Shown here: positions 48,814 through 58,306 of the stretch, piece after piece
Position numbering within the stretch: position 1 is the stretch's first letter
Layout of the letters: each line of letters starts with the position of its first letter
Virus record (IMG/VR): IMGVR_UViG_3300038321_000157
Coordinates: 7,929-71,928 of that record
DNA: 64,000 bases
From: a virus
Strand: one strand, 5' to 3'
Translations under genes and position numbers: made by a program
The notes under the pieces: model-generated
Told to the model about the DNA's origin: nothing
What the model saw: the letters and a program-made list of their open reading frames with translations, nothing else
The model's database searches: none

Positions 48814-49269
48814 ATGAATATACTATATATTGATTTTACTTTAAAAAATAAATCATTAGATATTTATGTAGCAGGATGTAATGGTAATCCACACTGTAAG
48901 GATTGCCATAATCCTGAATCTTGGGATTTTGATCAAGGAGCAGAATATAATAATAAATATATATCTTATATTAAACGTAGAATAGAAGAATTTGATTTAT
49001 TAATTGACAATATTATGATTATGGGAGGAGAACCATTAGACCAGGATTATGATGAGTTAATTAAATTATTATCAGATTTAAAGAAATTTAATAAAAATAT
49101 TTGGTTGTTCACTAGATATGAAATTGAAGAAATACCAGATGAAATAATTGGATATTGTAACTATATTAAAACAGGTAAATATATTCCTGAATTAGAGGTA
49201 AATGATAATATTCAAAATGGAATTAAATTAGCAACAAGTAATCAAAAGATATATAAAATAGAAATATAA
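48814..49269 (+). CDS. nrdG: Class III RNR activating enzyme (radical SAM)
   Basis: GCNGNPHCKDCHN; GGEPL. Confidence 0.92.
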   Translation: MNILYIDFTLKNKSLDIYVAGCNGNPHCKDCHNPESWDFDQGAEYNNKYISYIKRRIEEFDLLIDNIMIMGGEPLDQDYDELIKLLSDLKKFNKNIWLFTRYEIEEIPDEIIGYCNYIKTGKYIPELEVNDNIQNGIKLATSNQKIYKIEI

Positions 49270-49284
49270 AAGGAGAACTAAATC

Positions 49285-49503
49285 TTGACCAATATAGTAA
49301 TGTGTAAAAAATTTACTTGTCCAAAAGCAAATGAATGTTATAGGTTGCGTACATTCCCCGATGAAGATCAATTATATGATGAGTTCTTAATATGTAATGA
49401 ATCTGAAAATTATAAAATGTTAATTAAAGTTAGAGATGGAGATAATTTAAGAAAATTAGAAGAAATTATTGGAGGTACTAATGGAAATACCGAACCTTCC
49501 TAA
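49285..49503 (+). CDS. Small Cys-containing protein
   Basis: MC....CP....CYR. Confidence 0.6.
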   Translation: MTNIVMCKKFTCPKANECYRLRTFPDEDQLYDEFLICNESENYKMLIKVRDGDNLRKLEEIIGGTNGNTEPS

Positions 49504-49657
49504 AAATGAATTAGGTTTTTATCCTTCATGGTTAACCTGCTACAGACCCGACCTCTTCTATAAAAACCAATGTAATAAATGTAATTTTCGTGATTATGTC
49601 TATTGTAAGAATAGTGAAAATTATAAAAATATGTTAAAAGAGATGAAAAACACCTAA
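49469..49657 (+). CDS. Small Cys-containing protein
   Basis: ORF; a GGAGG RBS favours ATG 49481. Confidence 0.5.
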   Translation: MEVLMEIPNLPKNELGFYPSWLTCYRPDLFYKNQCNKCNFRDYVYCKNSENYKNMLKEMKNT

Positions 49658-49772
49658 ATGCGGTATATAGGCATTATCAAATGCTTACAAAGCCCAATAT
49701 ATAGGCATTTATGGCAAGTTGTGATAAAAGAGACATTTTGTGTTGAAATTAAATATTTGAAAGGAAAAATGT

Positions 49773-50285
49773 ATGGATATAAAAGAAATATTTATGGATA
49801 AAATTAGAGGTTTTGAAAAAATTTCATTTAAACAATATCAAAAAGATATAGGTGGGGATGTTGACCTTAGTCAAGAATATGACATAATAAAACTTCCCCA
49901 AAGGGCAACAGAAAAATCATCTGGATATGATTTTTTTAGTGTATGTGATTTTCAATTAAATCCTGGTGAAGAAATTAAACTTCCAACAGGAATAAAAATC
50001 TATATGCAAGATGATGAAGAATTACTAATATTCCCTAGAAGTTCAGTTGGGTTTAAATATAATGTTAAAATTAATAATACAATAGGAAAAATAGATGCTG
50101 ATTATTATAATAATGAAGATAATGAAGGTCATGTATGGATTAAGTTTACTAACACAGGAAATAAAATATGGGAAGTAAAACACGGTGAAGCTATTGCACA
50201 AGGAAGTTTTTATAAATATCTAAAAGCAGATAATGATATTCCTAAAAATAAGGAACGTAAAGGTGGATTGGGTAGTACTAATTAA
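49773..50285 (+). CDS. dut: Trimeric dUTPase
   Basis: SSGYDF; PRSS; GKIDADY; IAQG; RKGGLGST. Confidence 0.93.
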   Translation: MDIKEIFMDKIRGFEKISFKQYQKDIGGDVDLSQEYDIIKLPQRATEKSSGYDFFSVCDFQLNPGEEIKLPTGIKIYMQDDEELLIFPRSSVGFKYNVKINNTIGKIDADYYNNEDNEGHVWIKFTNTGNKIWEVKHGEAIAQGSFYKYLKADNDIPKNKERKGGLGSTN

Positions 50286-50290
50286 ATCAT

Positions 50291-50318
50291 AGCAGGGGTT
50301 AATTCTCCTGCTTTATTT
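50291..50318 (+). terminator. Intrinsic terminator after dut
   Basis: AGCAGGGG / CTCCTGCT followed by TTATTT. Confidence 0.6.
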
Positions 50319-50338
50319 AAATATTAAATTAAAAGGGG

Positions 50339-50527
50339 TTGATTATTATCAAATGTACTTTTCCAACTATATGCATCTGGTATTCTGAATCAGACCTTCA
50401 TAAAAAACCTTATTGTACATTACATGAATTTTATATTAATTATTTCAACATAGAAAAAATAGAAAACTGTCAAGACCATAAAACATTAGAAGAAATCAGA
50501 GATAATTGGAAAAATAGCAGTTGTTAA
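50339..50527 (+). CDS. Hypothetical protein
   Basis: ORF track. Confidence 0.45.
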   Translation: MIIIKCTFPTICIWYSESDLHKKPYCTLHEFYINYFNIEKIENCQDHKTLEEIRDNWKNSSC

Positions 50528-50577
50528 ATACCTATTAAAATGATAAAATAAATATATAAATAATAGGAGGTAATATT

Positions 50578-50805
50578 TTGGAGTATCAAATCACAAATAA
50601 TATCACCGAAGCAACTCACTGGCTTGCACATACTGATAATAAAAGCAAAGTAAAAGATTATATCGAACCTAATAAAGTCTACGAATTAATTAAACATGAA
50701 GATGGTTTTGGTGAAGAGGAATGTTTTATCAAAGGAAGTGATGGTAGTTTAAATATGTATTGGATGTGTTACAATGGTAGTTTTTTAAAGGCAAAGGAGA
50801 ATTAA
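50578..50805 (+). CDS. Hypothetical protein
   Basis: GGAGGT RBS, TTG start. Confidence 0.65.
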   Translation: MEYQITNNITEATHWLAHTDNKSKVKDYIEPNKVYELIKHEDGFGEEECFIKGSDGSLNMYWMCYNGSFLKAKEN

Positions 50806-50807
50806 AT

Positions 50808-51005
50808 ATGAGTAGAAGTGAAAACTACATAATCCAACTTGAACTTGAAATTCAAAGACTACAATTAGAAAATGATATTCTTGATACTGCATTACTTAAT
50901 GCTTGCCAGAGTATATGTAGAGATTTAAATTATAATCAAAATCAAATTATAAAAATGAAACAAATGTTTATTAATAGAGTAGAAGAAAATTATAAGGAGA
51001 ATTAA
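50808..51005 (+). CDS. Hypothetical coiled-coil protein
   Basis: AAGGAG RBS. Confidence 0.65.
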   Translation: MSRSENYIIQLELEIQRLQLENDILDTALLNACQSICRDLNYNQNQIIKMKQMFINRVEENYKEN

Positions 51006-51006
51006 T

Positions 51007-51318
51007 ATGCAAATGAATTTTATTAAGGGTATGCCTAATATTAAAATCTTAAAAGATAATAAATATATGTTTGATATTACAACTGTTCAAAAATTTGATG
51101 AAAAAGAAGATAAGATAATTTTACAATGTGCAGAAGATATACCTGAATTTATGCGAGGTTTTGTATGTGATATGGATTGCCGTTTTCAAATAGTAAATGA
51201 AAATTGTGAAAACAAATATGAAAGAAATAGTATTAATAAAGATTTAGTATTAGTTTATATCAATAAAGATTTGCAATATAATTATATGCCAAGTTTTGAA
51301 TATATATTTTTTAAGTAA
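51007..51318 (+). CDS. Hypothetical protein
   Basis: AAGGAG RBS. Confidence 0.6.
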   Translation: MQMNFIKGMPNIKILKDNKYMFDITTVQKFDEKEDKIILQCAEDIPEFMRGFVCDMDCRFQIVNENCENKYERNSINKDLVLVYINKDLQYNYMPSFEYIFFK

Positions 51319-51471
51319 ACGAGGTGATAATGTATTGTCAAATAAACTAGCAAATCTAATACTTGCCTTTGGGATAGGATTATGTGTTTATGTATGGTAT
51401 TTAATTGTATTTAGATTGTTTTCAAATTAAAGAAAGGAAATATATAATTATATAATAGAAAGGATTAATTA

Positions 51472-52056
51472 ATGGACGTTAAATTAATAAAAGTAAAAGG
51501 CACCTGGAGAGATGTAGCAGATGCAGCTAGGACTACAATTGGGATGGAGGCAGGAACAAACGAACCTTCTTCTAATTGGAAAAGGAAAATGCTTTTATGT
51601 GAACATTCTCCAATAAGAAAAATACATATTAATTGGAAATGGATTAATTTAAAGTCATGGATAAGTGTACATTTTGTACGTCATAAATTTGGAATTGAAC
51701 ATTGGGTTAAAAGTCAAAGACCTGACAGAACGGGAAATAGAGATAATAGAGATAATGCACCACAAGGAACATTAATTGATCATGAATGTGAAGCAAATCC
51801 ACAAGCAGTTATTAATATTAGTAGAAAAAGATTATGTAATCAAGCAATGCCTGAAACTAGAGAAGCATGGAAACTATTTTTAAAAAGTTTAAGATATAAA
51901 GAACCTGAATTATATAGTGTTTGCGTACCTGATTGTATATACAGGGGTTGGTGTTATGAATATAAATCATGTGGTTTTCACAAAACAAATCAATTTAAAG
52001 AACAATTAAATAAATATCGCATAAATATAAATGATTGGGAGGTAAAAGATAACTAA
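51472..52056 (+). CDS. thyX: FAD-dependent thymidylate synthase
   Basis: EHSPIR; VHFVRHKFG....SQR; SRKRLC..A..ETR; C..RGWC.E...CG. Confidence 0.85.
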   Translation: MDVKLIKVKGTWRDVADAARTTIGMEAGTNEPSSNWKRKMLLCEHSPIRKIHINWKWINLKSWISVHFVRHKFGIEHWVKSQRPDRTGNRDNRDNAPQGTLIDHECEANPQAVINISRKRLCNQAMPETREAWKLFLKSLRYKEPELYSVCVPDCIYRGWCYEYKSCGFHKTNQFKEQLNKYRININDWEVKDN

Positions 52057-52058
52057 AT

Positions 52059-52589
52059 ATGAAAATAATTAATATATCAGGTAAAGCACAACATGGTAAA
52101 GATACAACGGCATTAATTTTAAAAGAAAAATTAGAATCAAAAAATAAAAAAGTATTACTTACACATTATGCAGACTTATTAAAATATGAAGCAAAACATT
52201 TTTTTAATTGGAATGGATTAAAAGACAAGCAAGGTAGGCACATTCTTCAATACATAGGTACAGACGTAATTAGAGCAAAAAATCCTAACTATTGGGTTAA
52301 TTTTGTTAAAGAATTTTTGACAATGTTTCAAAATGAATGGGATTATGTGATAATTCCAGATTGCAGATTTAAAAATGAGTGTGAAGCATGGAAGATTGAT
52401 GGTTGGTCTAATGTTACTGTAAGAGTTATGAGGGACAATTTTATAAGTAATTTAACTACCGAACAATTAAATCATCCTTCTGAAACTGCTTTAGATGATT
52501 ATAAGTTTGATTATTATATACATAATGATGGAGATTTAAAACAATTGGAGAATGAAGTTGATAAATTTATTGATTATTTAGGAGGTTAA
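52059..52589 (+). CDS. Deoxynucleoside monophosphate kinase
   Basis: ISGKAQHGKDT; LQYIGTD..R; IPDCRF.NE; HPSE. Confidence 0.85.
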   Translation: MKIINISGKAQHGKDTTALILKEKLESKNKKVLLTHYADLLKYEAKHFFNWNGLKDKQGRHILQYIGTDVIRAKNPNYWVNFVKEFLTMFQNEWDYVIIPDCRFKNECEAWKIDGWSNVTVRVMRDNFISNLTTEQLNHPSETALDDYKFDYYIHNDGDLKQLENEVDKFIDYLGG

Positions 52590-53147
52590 ATGAAACAAAA
52601 ACTTTTTATAGACTGTGATGGAACAATTACAAATACAATTGATGCTTTCTGCTCAGTCTACAATAATTTATACATAAATCACCCACAATTTAAAACAGCA
52701 GAACCAGATTTAGTTAATGTTTATAATTTTTCAGATCAATGCCCATTAGTTGAAAATGTATTAACTATATTTGAGCATCCGTTATTCTTTCAATTTGCCA
52801 ATTTTATAAATGATAATACATATGAAGTTTTAGAACAATTAAATCAAAAGTATAAAATAATTATATGCTCTATTGGAACACCTAAAAATATTGCATATAA
52901 GGCACGTTGGTTGGAAGATAAATTACCTTTTATTAAAGATTATATTCTTATTGCAAATCCAAATTGCAAGATGGATAAATCTATTGTAAACGCAGAAGAT
53001 TCAATTTTCATTGATGATATCCCGTCTAATCTTTTATCAAATAAGTCTAGTAGGAAAATACTCTTCGGTAAAATTTACCCTTGGAATGATGAATGGAATG
53101 GAGAAAGATGTGAAACATGGAGTGAGGTAGGAGAGAGGTTGTTATAA
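52590..53147 (+). CDS. 5'(3')-deoxyribonucleotidase (HAD family)
   Basis: FIDCDGTI; KARWL; IFIDD...NL. Confidence 0.85.
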   Translation: MKQKLFIDCDGTITNTIDAFCSVYNNLYINHPQFKTAEPDLVNVYNFSDQCPLVENVLTIFEHPLFFQFANFINDNTYEVLEQLNQKYKIIICSIGTPKNIAYKARWLEDKLPFIKDYILIANPNCKMDKSIVNAEDSIFIDDIPSNLLSNKSSRKILFGKIYPWNDEWNGERCETWSEVGERLL

Positions 53148-53189
53148 GGGGTTATTAAAATAGAAAAATAAATATAAGAAAGGAATTTA

Positions 53190-53885
53190 ATGAAAGATAA
53201 ATATTTAGAAAGTTTCACAAATGAGCATGGTGAAACTTGGTGGTTTAATTATAATAATAAAAACAATATGGGAATGTTATGGGGTAATGATAATTTAATA
53301 GAAGGAAAGATTTTTTATATATTTAATGGTATATGTCCCGAACTTATTTTAGATACAAATGAAAAAGATTGGATTAGAAATATTTGGAATAAATATTCCA
53401 AATATAAAAATACATATTTAAATTTTCCAACAGAAATTAAATATAAAAATAATACTTATCTTACAAATAATTATTGTCCTATATGTTTAAAACAACATAA
53501 AGAATTTGAAGGACATCATTGTATTCCTGCTTCTCTTGGTGGAAGTGATGACTATGTAAATATGTTAATAATCTGTAATAGTTGTCATAGTTTAATTACA
53601 AATGGATGTGAAGAAGATAGAAATGCAAGATTTTTATGTGCTATAAATCATCAAATTAGTATTTACGGGATAGACTTTTATAAAATGAATCCACTTAATA
53701 ATAAAAGATTTAAAAATAAAGATATAGGATTATATAAAAATTATCCATATATAAAGAATATTTTAAATTACTATGATCAATTAGATGACAATGGCAAAAT
53801 TATTTACAACAATAATATAAAAACATATGCATTATATTATTATAAATATTATAGAAGTATTATAAATAATACAATATACACATAA
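53190..53885 (+). CDS. HNH endonuclease domain protein
   Basis: CPIC..EGHHCIPASLGGSDDYVNMLIICNSCH. Confidence 0.75.
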   Translation: MKDKYLESFTNEHGETWWFNYNNKNNMGMLWGNDNLIEGKIFYIFNGICPELILDTNEKDWIRNIWNKYSKYKNTYLNFPTEIKYKNNTYLTNNYCPICLKQHKEFEGHHCIPASLGGSDDYVNMLIICNSCHSLITNGCEEDRNARFLCAINHQISIYGIDFYKMNPLNNKRFKNKDIGLYKNYPYIKNILNYYDQLDDNGKIIYNNNIKTYALYYYKYYRSIINNTIYT

Positions 53886-53946
53886 AAATTATCTATTTTG
53901 TAATAGTACAAGTTCAAAATTTCATATTATACATAGAGGTGAGGAT

Positions 53947-54165
53947 TTGGAAGTAGAAGAAATTAAGGGAGAAATAATTATAAATAATAATATAATACCA
54001 GAAGTTTATACTGTTGCCGAAATACAAAAATTATTAAAGATATCTAAAAATGTTGCGTATGATCTTATTAAAGAAAATTTATTTCCTGTGATAAAAATTA
54101 AAAGTGTTTTTAGGATACCGAAGAAAAGTTTTCATGAATGGCTTGATAATTTAAAAACTGAATAA
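53947..54165 (+). CDS. xis: Excisionase-like HTH_17 protein
   Basis: YTVAEIQKLLKISKNVAYDLI..FP..KI...FRIPKKSFHEWL; adjacent to attP. Confidence 0.85.
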   Translation: MEVEEIKGEIIINNNIIPEVYTVAEIQKLLKISKNVAYDLIKENLFPVIKIKSVFRIPKKSFHEWLDNLKTE

Positions 54166-54221
54166 TATAATATGGGAAAGTAAAAGAAAATAACTGTAAG
54201 GGGTAAGTTAAACCTAATTTC

Positions 54222-54535
54222 AGGTAGACATTAGGTAGACATACTCCTTATTTTATTGTAAAATACCATATAATTTTATATAAGAAAGTAAAAGATTATA
54301 AGGGAAATAAAAGTTTAATTAATACTGATATATTAGGGATTACAAAAGATTATATAAGAAAGTAATTGAGTATAAAAGAAACACAAGGCAACAGTTCGAC
54401 TCCCCCCGCCTCCACCAATGAAAATACCGAAACACAGGACTTCGTTAAAATAAATCAACTTCTAGGTAGACAAATAGGTAGACATTTAGAAAATTAACTG
54501 ATAAAATATTGCCATAAAATCTTTCTAGGTAGACA
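54222..54535. repeat. Five direct AGGTAGACA repeats flanking the attP core (integrase arm-type sites)
   Basis: Copies at 54222, 54233, 54464, 54476, 54527. Confidence 0.85.
54394..54417 (+). other. attP core: 3' end of tmRNA (ssrA)-type RNA, GTTCGACTCCCCCCGCCTCCACCA
   Basis: T-loop TTCGA, 3' T-stem, acceptor strand CGCCTCC (implies G3.U70) and ACCA; no 5' half upstream; lies between xis and int. Confidence 0.85.
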
Positions 54536-54566
54536 TTTTAAAATTACTAATGAAAGAAGGATTAAA

Positions 54567-55715
54567 TTGGCAAGAAAAAAAGTCGAAAAGAATATTGCAT
54601 ATGATGATGAGAAAAATTTATATTATGTAAATCTTGATTATGGTAAAAATGACTCAGGTAAAAGGATTAAATCAACAAAAACATTCACAAAAATTCAAGA
54701 CGCAAGACAAGCATTAAAAGAATTTGAAGCTAATAAAACTAAAAACACTATTGTTTTCCCATCTTCTATTAAATTTAAAGATTATGCTACTTATTGGTTA
54801 AATGATATTAAATCATTAAAATGTGAAGAAACTACACTCTATGGGTATAGAAATATAATTAATAATCATCTTATCCCATCATTAGGTAATCACAAACTTC
54901 AAGATTTAAAACCAACAACTATTAATAAATATTTTAAAAGAAAATATGAAGATGGATTAAGTAAAAATACAGTAAGAAAGCATTATGATTTATTAAAAGA
55001 TATATTAAAAAATGCTGTGAATGAAGATATATTAGTAAAAAATCCTTTAAATAAAATAGAACCTATTAAACCTAATAAAAAAGAAGCGAAATATTATACT
55101 AAAGAAAATTTAGCAAAATTATTTGATATTATTAAAAATGATCGTATGGAAATAGTTGTTAAATTGGCAGGTTTATTAGGATTAAGAAGAGAAGAAATTG
55201 CAGGACTCAAATGGAAGAATATAGATTTAACTAATGATGAAATTACTATAGCAGAAGTGAGAATACAAGCAGGTAAAACAGTTAAAACTTTTCAACGCAC
55301 TAAAACAGAATCTTCTTATAGAACACTTCATATACCGGAAGATATTAAAAACATACTTTTAAAAATTAAATCTGAGCAAGAAGAAAGAAAAAAGATTCTA
55401 AAAGATTCTTATTATAAAGAAGGTTATGTTATCGCATGGGAAGATGGAAGTCCATATAGACCAAATTATTTAGGTGATTTATTTACAAAAATAATCAGAG
55501 ATAATAATTTACCATCTATAGGATTACATGGATTAAGACATACGTTTGCGAGTATAGCAAATGATATGGGTGTTAATTTATATGATATTAGTAAAGCATT
55601 AGGGCATAGTCAAGTTGGGACTACTAGTGAAATCTATACACATTTATTTGATAAAGCACATAAAAAAGCTGTTAATAAAGTTGCTGATGTTTTTAAAACA
55701 GAAGAAAACAAATAA
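54567..55715 (+). CDS. int: Phage tyrosine integrase
   Basis: SAM-like domain; GLRREE; HGLRHTFA; LGHS....T..IYTH. Confidence 0.95.
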   Translation: MARKKVEKNIAYDDEKNLYYVNLDYGKNDSGKRIKSTKTFTKIQDARQALKEFEANKTKNTIVFPSSIKFKDYATYWLNDIKSLKCEETTLYGYRNIINNHLIPSLGNHKLQDLKPTTINKYFKRKYEDGLSKNTVRKHYDLLKDILKNAVNEDILVKNPLNKIEPIKPNKKEAKYYTKENLAKLFDIIKNDRMEIVVKLAGLLGLRREEIAGLKWKNIDLTNDEITIAEVRIQAGKTVKTFQRTKTESSYRTLHIPEDIKNILLKIKSEQEERKKILKDSYYKEGYVIAWEDGSPYRPNYLGDLFTKIIRDNNLPSIGLHGLRHTFASIANDMGVNLYDISKALGHSQVGTTSEIYTHLFDKAHKKAVNKVADVFKTEENK

Positions 55716-55749
55716 AATAAGGAGTGAAATTAATCACTCCTTATTTTAT
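55712..55749. terminator. Bidirectional terminator between convergent int and holin
   Basis: Perfect 16-bp inverted repeat ATAAAATAAGGAGTGA / TCACTCCTTATTTTAT, 6-nt loop. Confidence 0.8.
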
Positions 55750-55877
55750 GCCAAAAGCCAAAAATTGACAAATGTTAAAATTCACTTTTACAAACTCCGT
55801 TTTTCTTTGATTTACTTCCATTTACTCCGTTTTTCAAAGCAAAAATCATGATAAAATACTTGTTTTATGTTGACTTC

Positions 55878-56231
55878 TTATTTAGCAACCCAATTCTCAC
55901 CGTAAGCATCTTTAATACCTCTCAAAGCACTCTCAACTAATCCTTCAATCTCATCTTCATTTATTTCAATACCTTTTTCATATAATCTATCACAAACCCA
56001 ATTTACAGCTTGTTCTAATTTATCTTTCCCATGTAAATCAACATATGCCTGTTCAACAAATTTTACAGCATCATATGCTAAACCTTGTTTTAATTTTAAT
56101 TCTTGCTCAATCTTAGTTATTTTTTCAGTCCCAATCTTTTTCTTAATTAAAGCAATCCCATAACTAATAAAAACTAACGCAAGAACATAAACAATATCAC
56201 TAATAATTTTTATAATTAAATCTTGATACAT
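55878..56231 (-). CDS. Holin (LL-H-like)
   Basis: N-terminal TM; AVKFVEQ..GKDKLEQA..IEGLVESA; follows the endolysin. Confidence 0.8.
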   Translation of the reverse strand: MYQDLIIKIISDIVYVLALVFISYGIALIKKKIGTEKITKIEQELKLKQGLAYDAVKFVEQAYVDLHGKDKLEQAVNWVCDRLYEKGIEINEDEIEGLVESALRGIKDAYGENWVAK

Positions 56232-56348
56232 ATAGTACCTCCTTTTTATATTATATTTATAATCTGTTACTCAAACAAAATATAATTATTCCTAACAACC
56301 ATATTACTAACCCGAAAACCACTTCCATCGTTCCAACATAATAATCAC

Positions 56349-57266
56349 CTACTTTACAATTGCTGTTTTAGTATCATTTACCCACTCAACTTTTTTACCT
56401 AATGCTTCCGCAATTTCTCTTAAACTACCAAATGTTTTATCTTCAATAAGAATTCCATTTATTTTTTTATTTTGGACTTCAATATTTACTTTAGGAAAAT
56501 TTTCTTTACTTACTGTTGCTGTTGAAGTATTATTATCCCATTCAATTGATCTATTAATAGAATCACAAAAACTACGAAGTTCAACAAAAGTTTTATTATT
56601 TATTAAATAAGCATTTAATTGTCTATCATCAATTTTAACTTTAGTTTCTAACAAATCTTCTTCATCTCCTCCATGTTCTTTATATTGAACACCAAAATAT
56701 TTACATATAGCTTTACAAATTGCTTTTGCTAAAACTAATTGATGTGCATCATCATAAACCCATATTTCTTCATCAGGATTAGATATAAAAGCACATTCAA
56801 TTAAAGATACAGGTTTCTTAATTGCTCTAACTACTCCAATAGATTTACCAACATTTTTACTACCCCTATTAGTTAATCCTGTAGCATTTACTACTTCATT
56901 TACTAATAATTCTGCTAATTTTATATTATTATTTAGCAATCCATTATATTGCGAATATAAACTTTCAACTCCATGAGCAGTTTTATTTACAGCGGAATTA
57001 AAATGAATTGATATAGCAATATCCGCATTAGAATTATTGCTAAATGCAATTTGGTTATTAACATCTTGCTTGGTATTTTTTGCCCCACCACAAGCAATAT
57101 TTGTATTTCTACTTAAATTTGATTTTATTCCATTTATATTTAATAAATATGCTAATTTTAAAGCAACCGCTAGAGCACCATCACATTCTCTAGTACCTTT
57201 ACTTCCACAAGCACCAGGATCACCGCCGCCATGCCCAGGAATTATATCAACTTTATATTTATACAT
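56349..57266 (-). CDS. Endolysin: Amidase_3 N-acetylmuramoyl-L-alanine amidase with two C-terminal copper-amine-oxidase-stalk-like repeats
   Basis: IIPGHGGGDPGA..E; SIHFNS; LIECAFISN; repeats TFVELRSF..IEWD and TFGSLREIAE..VEWV. Confidence 0.9.
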   Translation of the reverse strand: MYKYKVDIIPGHGGGDPGACGSKGTRECDGALAVALKLAYLLNINGIKSNLSRNTNIACGGAKNTKQDVNNQIAFSNNSNADIAISIHFNSAVNKTAHGVESLYSQYNGLLNNNIKLAELLVNEVVNATGLTNRGSKNVGKSIGVVRAIKKPVSLIECAFISNPDEEIWVYDDAHQLVLAKAICKAICKYFGVQYKEHGGDEEDLLETKVKIDDRQLNAYLINNKTFVELRSFCDSINRSIEWDNNTSTATVSKENFPKVNIEVQNKKINGILIEDKTFGSLREIAEALGKKVEWVNDTKTAIVK

Positions 57267-57588
57267 TATCTAATTCACCTTCTTTATTATTATCTTCTTT
57301 ATTAATTACATTTTTACTTAAATTTATTTTTTTACTTTTATTAAAAATACAATTAATAATATTTTCAGCAGAACTTCCTCCAAAATAAAAACACAAGATT
57401 ATTATTACTTGTGCACTAAGTATTTTATAAAATTCTATATCAAAATAATCCAAACTTTTTATCATCATTTTTTTACAAGCAATAAAAACTGAATAACCAA
57501 AAATTAAAATAAGAATCATTGCAATTGTCTCTTTAAATGACACTCCATCGTTCCACCAATTTGAAACCTTTTGTTTTATTTTACCCAA
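57259..57588 (-). CDS. 2-TM membrane protein of the lysis cassette (holin-like)
   Basis: Two hydrophobic helices; position. Confidence 0.6.
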   Translation of the reverse strand: MGKIKQKVSNWWNDGVSFKETIAMILILIFGYSVFIACKKMMIKSLDYFDIEFYKILSAQVIIILCFYFGGSSAENIINCIFNKSKKINLSKNVINKEDNNKEGELDNV

Positions 57589-57598
57589 ATAAATCACC

Positions 57599-58051
57599 TT
57601 ACTTTAATATGGAACTAATCCACACTCCAAAACCCATAGATAACCCCATCATAATTAAATTTTTTATAATATCTGGTATTTTAATAGTATTATCTTTATT
57701 TATATTTTTAACATCATTCTTAACTTCTTTTATCTCTCCTTTTAAATCAGAAACACTTTTTTCTGACTCTTCAAATTTATGATTCATATTAATTAAAGAA
57801 GTGTTCATTTGAGTCAATGTATCACTATGTTGTTTTAATAATTCATCACGATCCTTATTACTTTCTAATTGTTGTTTAGATATAGTTTTTAATTCTGCTA
57901 AAGTTACATTTATAGAACTTAAATTATCTACTTTCCCTTCAAGATCATTTAGCCTGTGGTTCGCGACCTTGATTTTTTCATCTAACATATCAAATTCTTT
58001 TTCACATATTTTTATTTGCTCACAATCATTAGATTTTACCAACAACAACAC
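57599..58051 (-). CDS. Coiled-coil protein with C-terminal TM (XhlA-like)
   Basis: ANHRLNDLE coiled coil; hydrophobic C-terminus; position. Confidence 0.6.
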   Translation of the reverse strand: MLLLVKSNDCEQIKICEKEFDMLDEKIKVANHRLNDLEGKVDNLSSINVTLAELKTISKQQLESNKDRDELLKQHSDTLTQMNTSLINMNHKFEESEKSVSDLKGEIKEVKNDVKNINKDNTIKIPDIIKNLIMMGLSMGFGVWISSILK

Positions 58052-58162
58052 TTCCTTTGCAAATCATCTCCTTGCATGATATAATCTAATAAGGATAGTC
58101 TAAATTGTTCCTTTAGATTATCTACACAATAGGGTAGGGGGAAGGAGTGTTCTCTACCCTAT

Positions 58163-58306
58163 TTATTTTAATGTTTTAATAAACTTTAAAATATCATTTA
58201 AACATTTTTTATATCCTCTTAACCATTCATAAGTAAATTCATTATAACTATCGATAAGTTCCAACAATTTTTGTTCAATCCATTCTGTTAATTTTTGAAA
58301 TGGCAT
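58163..58306 (-). CDS. 47-aa hypothetical protein (not in ORF track)
   Basis: AAGGGA RBS; MPFQKLTEWIEQKLLEL...; hairpin 58128-58163 follows. Confidence 0.45.
   Translation of the reverse strand: MPFQKLTEWIEQKLLELIDSYNEFTYEWLRGYKKCLNDILKFIKTLK

Noticed and set aside
54361-54420. A tRNA or tmRNA gene
   Set aside because: Only the last 24 nt are present and the 5' T-stem and the rest are missing; this is an attachment core.
55795-55835. Two copies of ACTCCGTTTTTC downstream of the holin
   Set aside because: Only two short copies with no structure or context suggesting a function.
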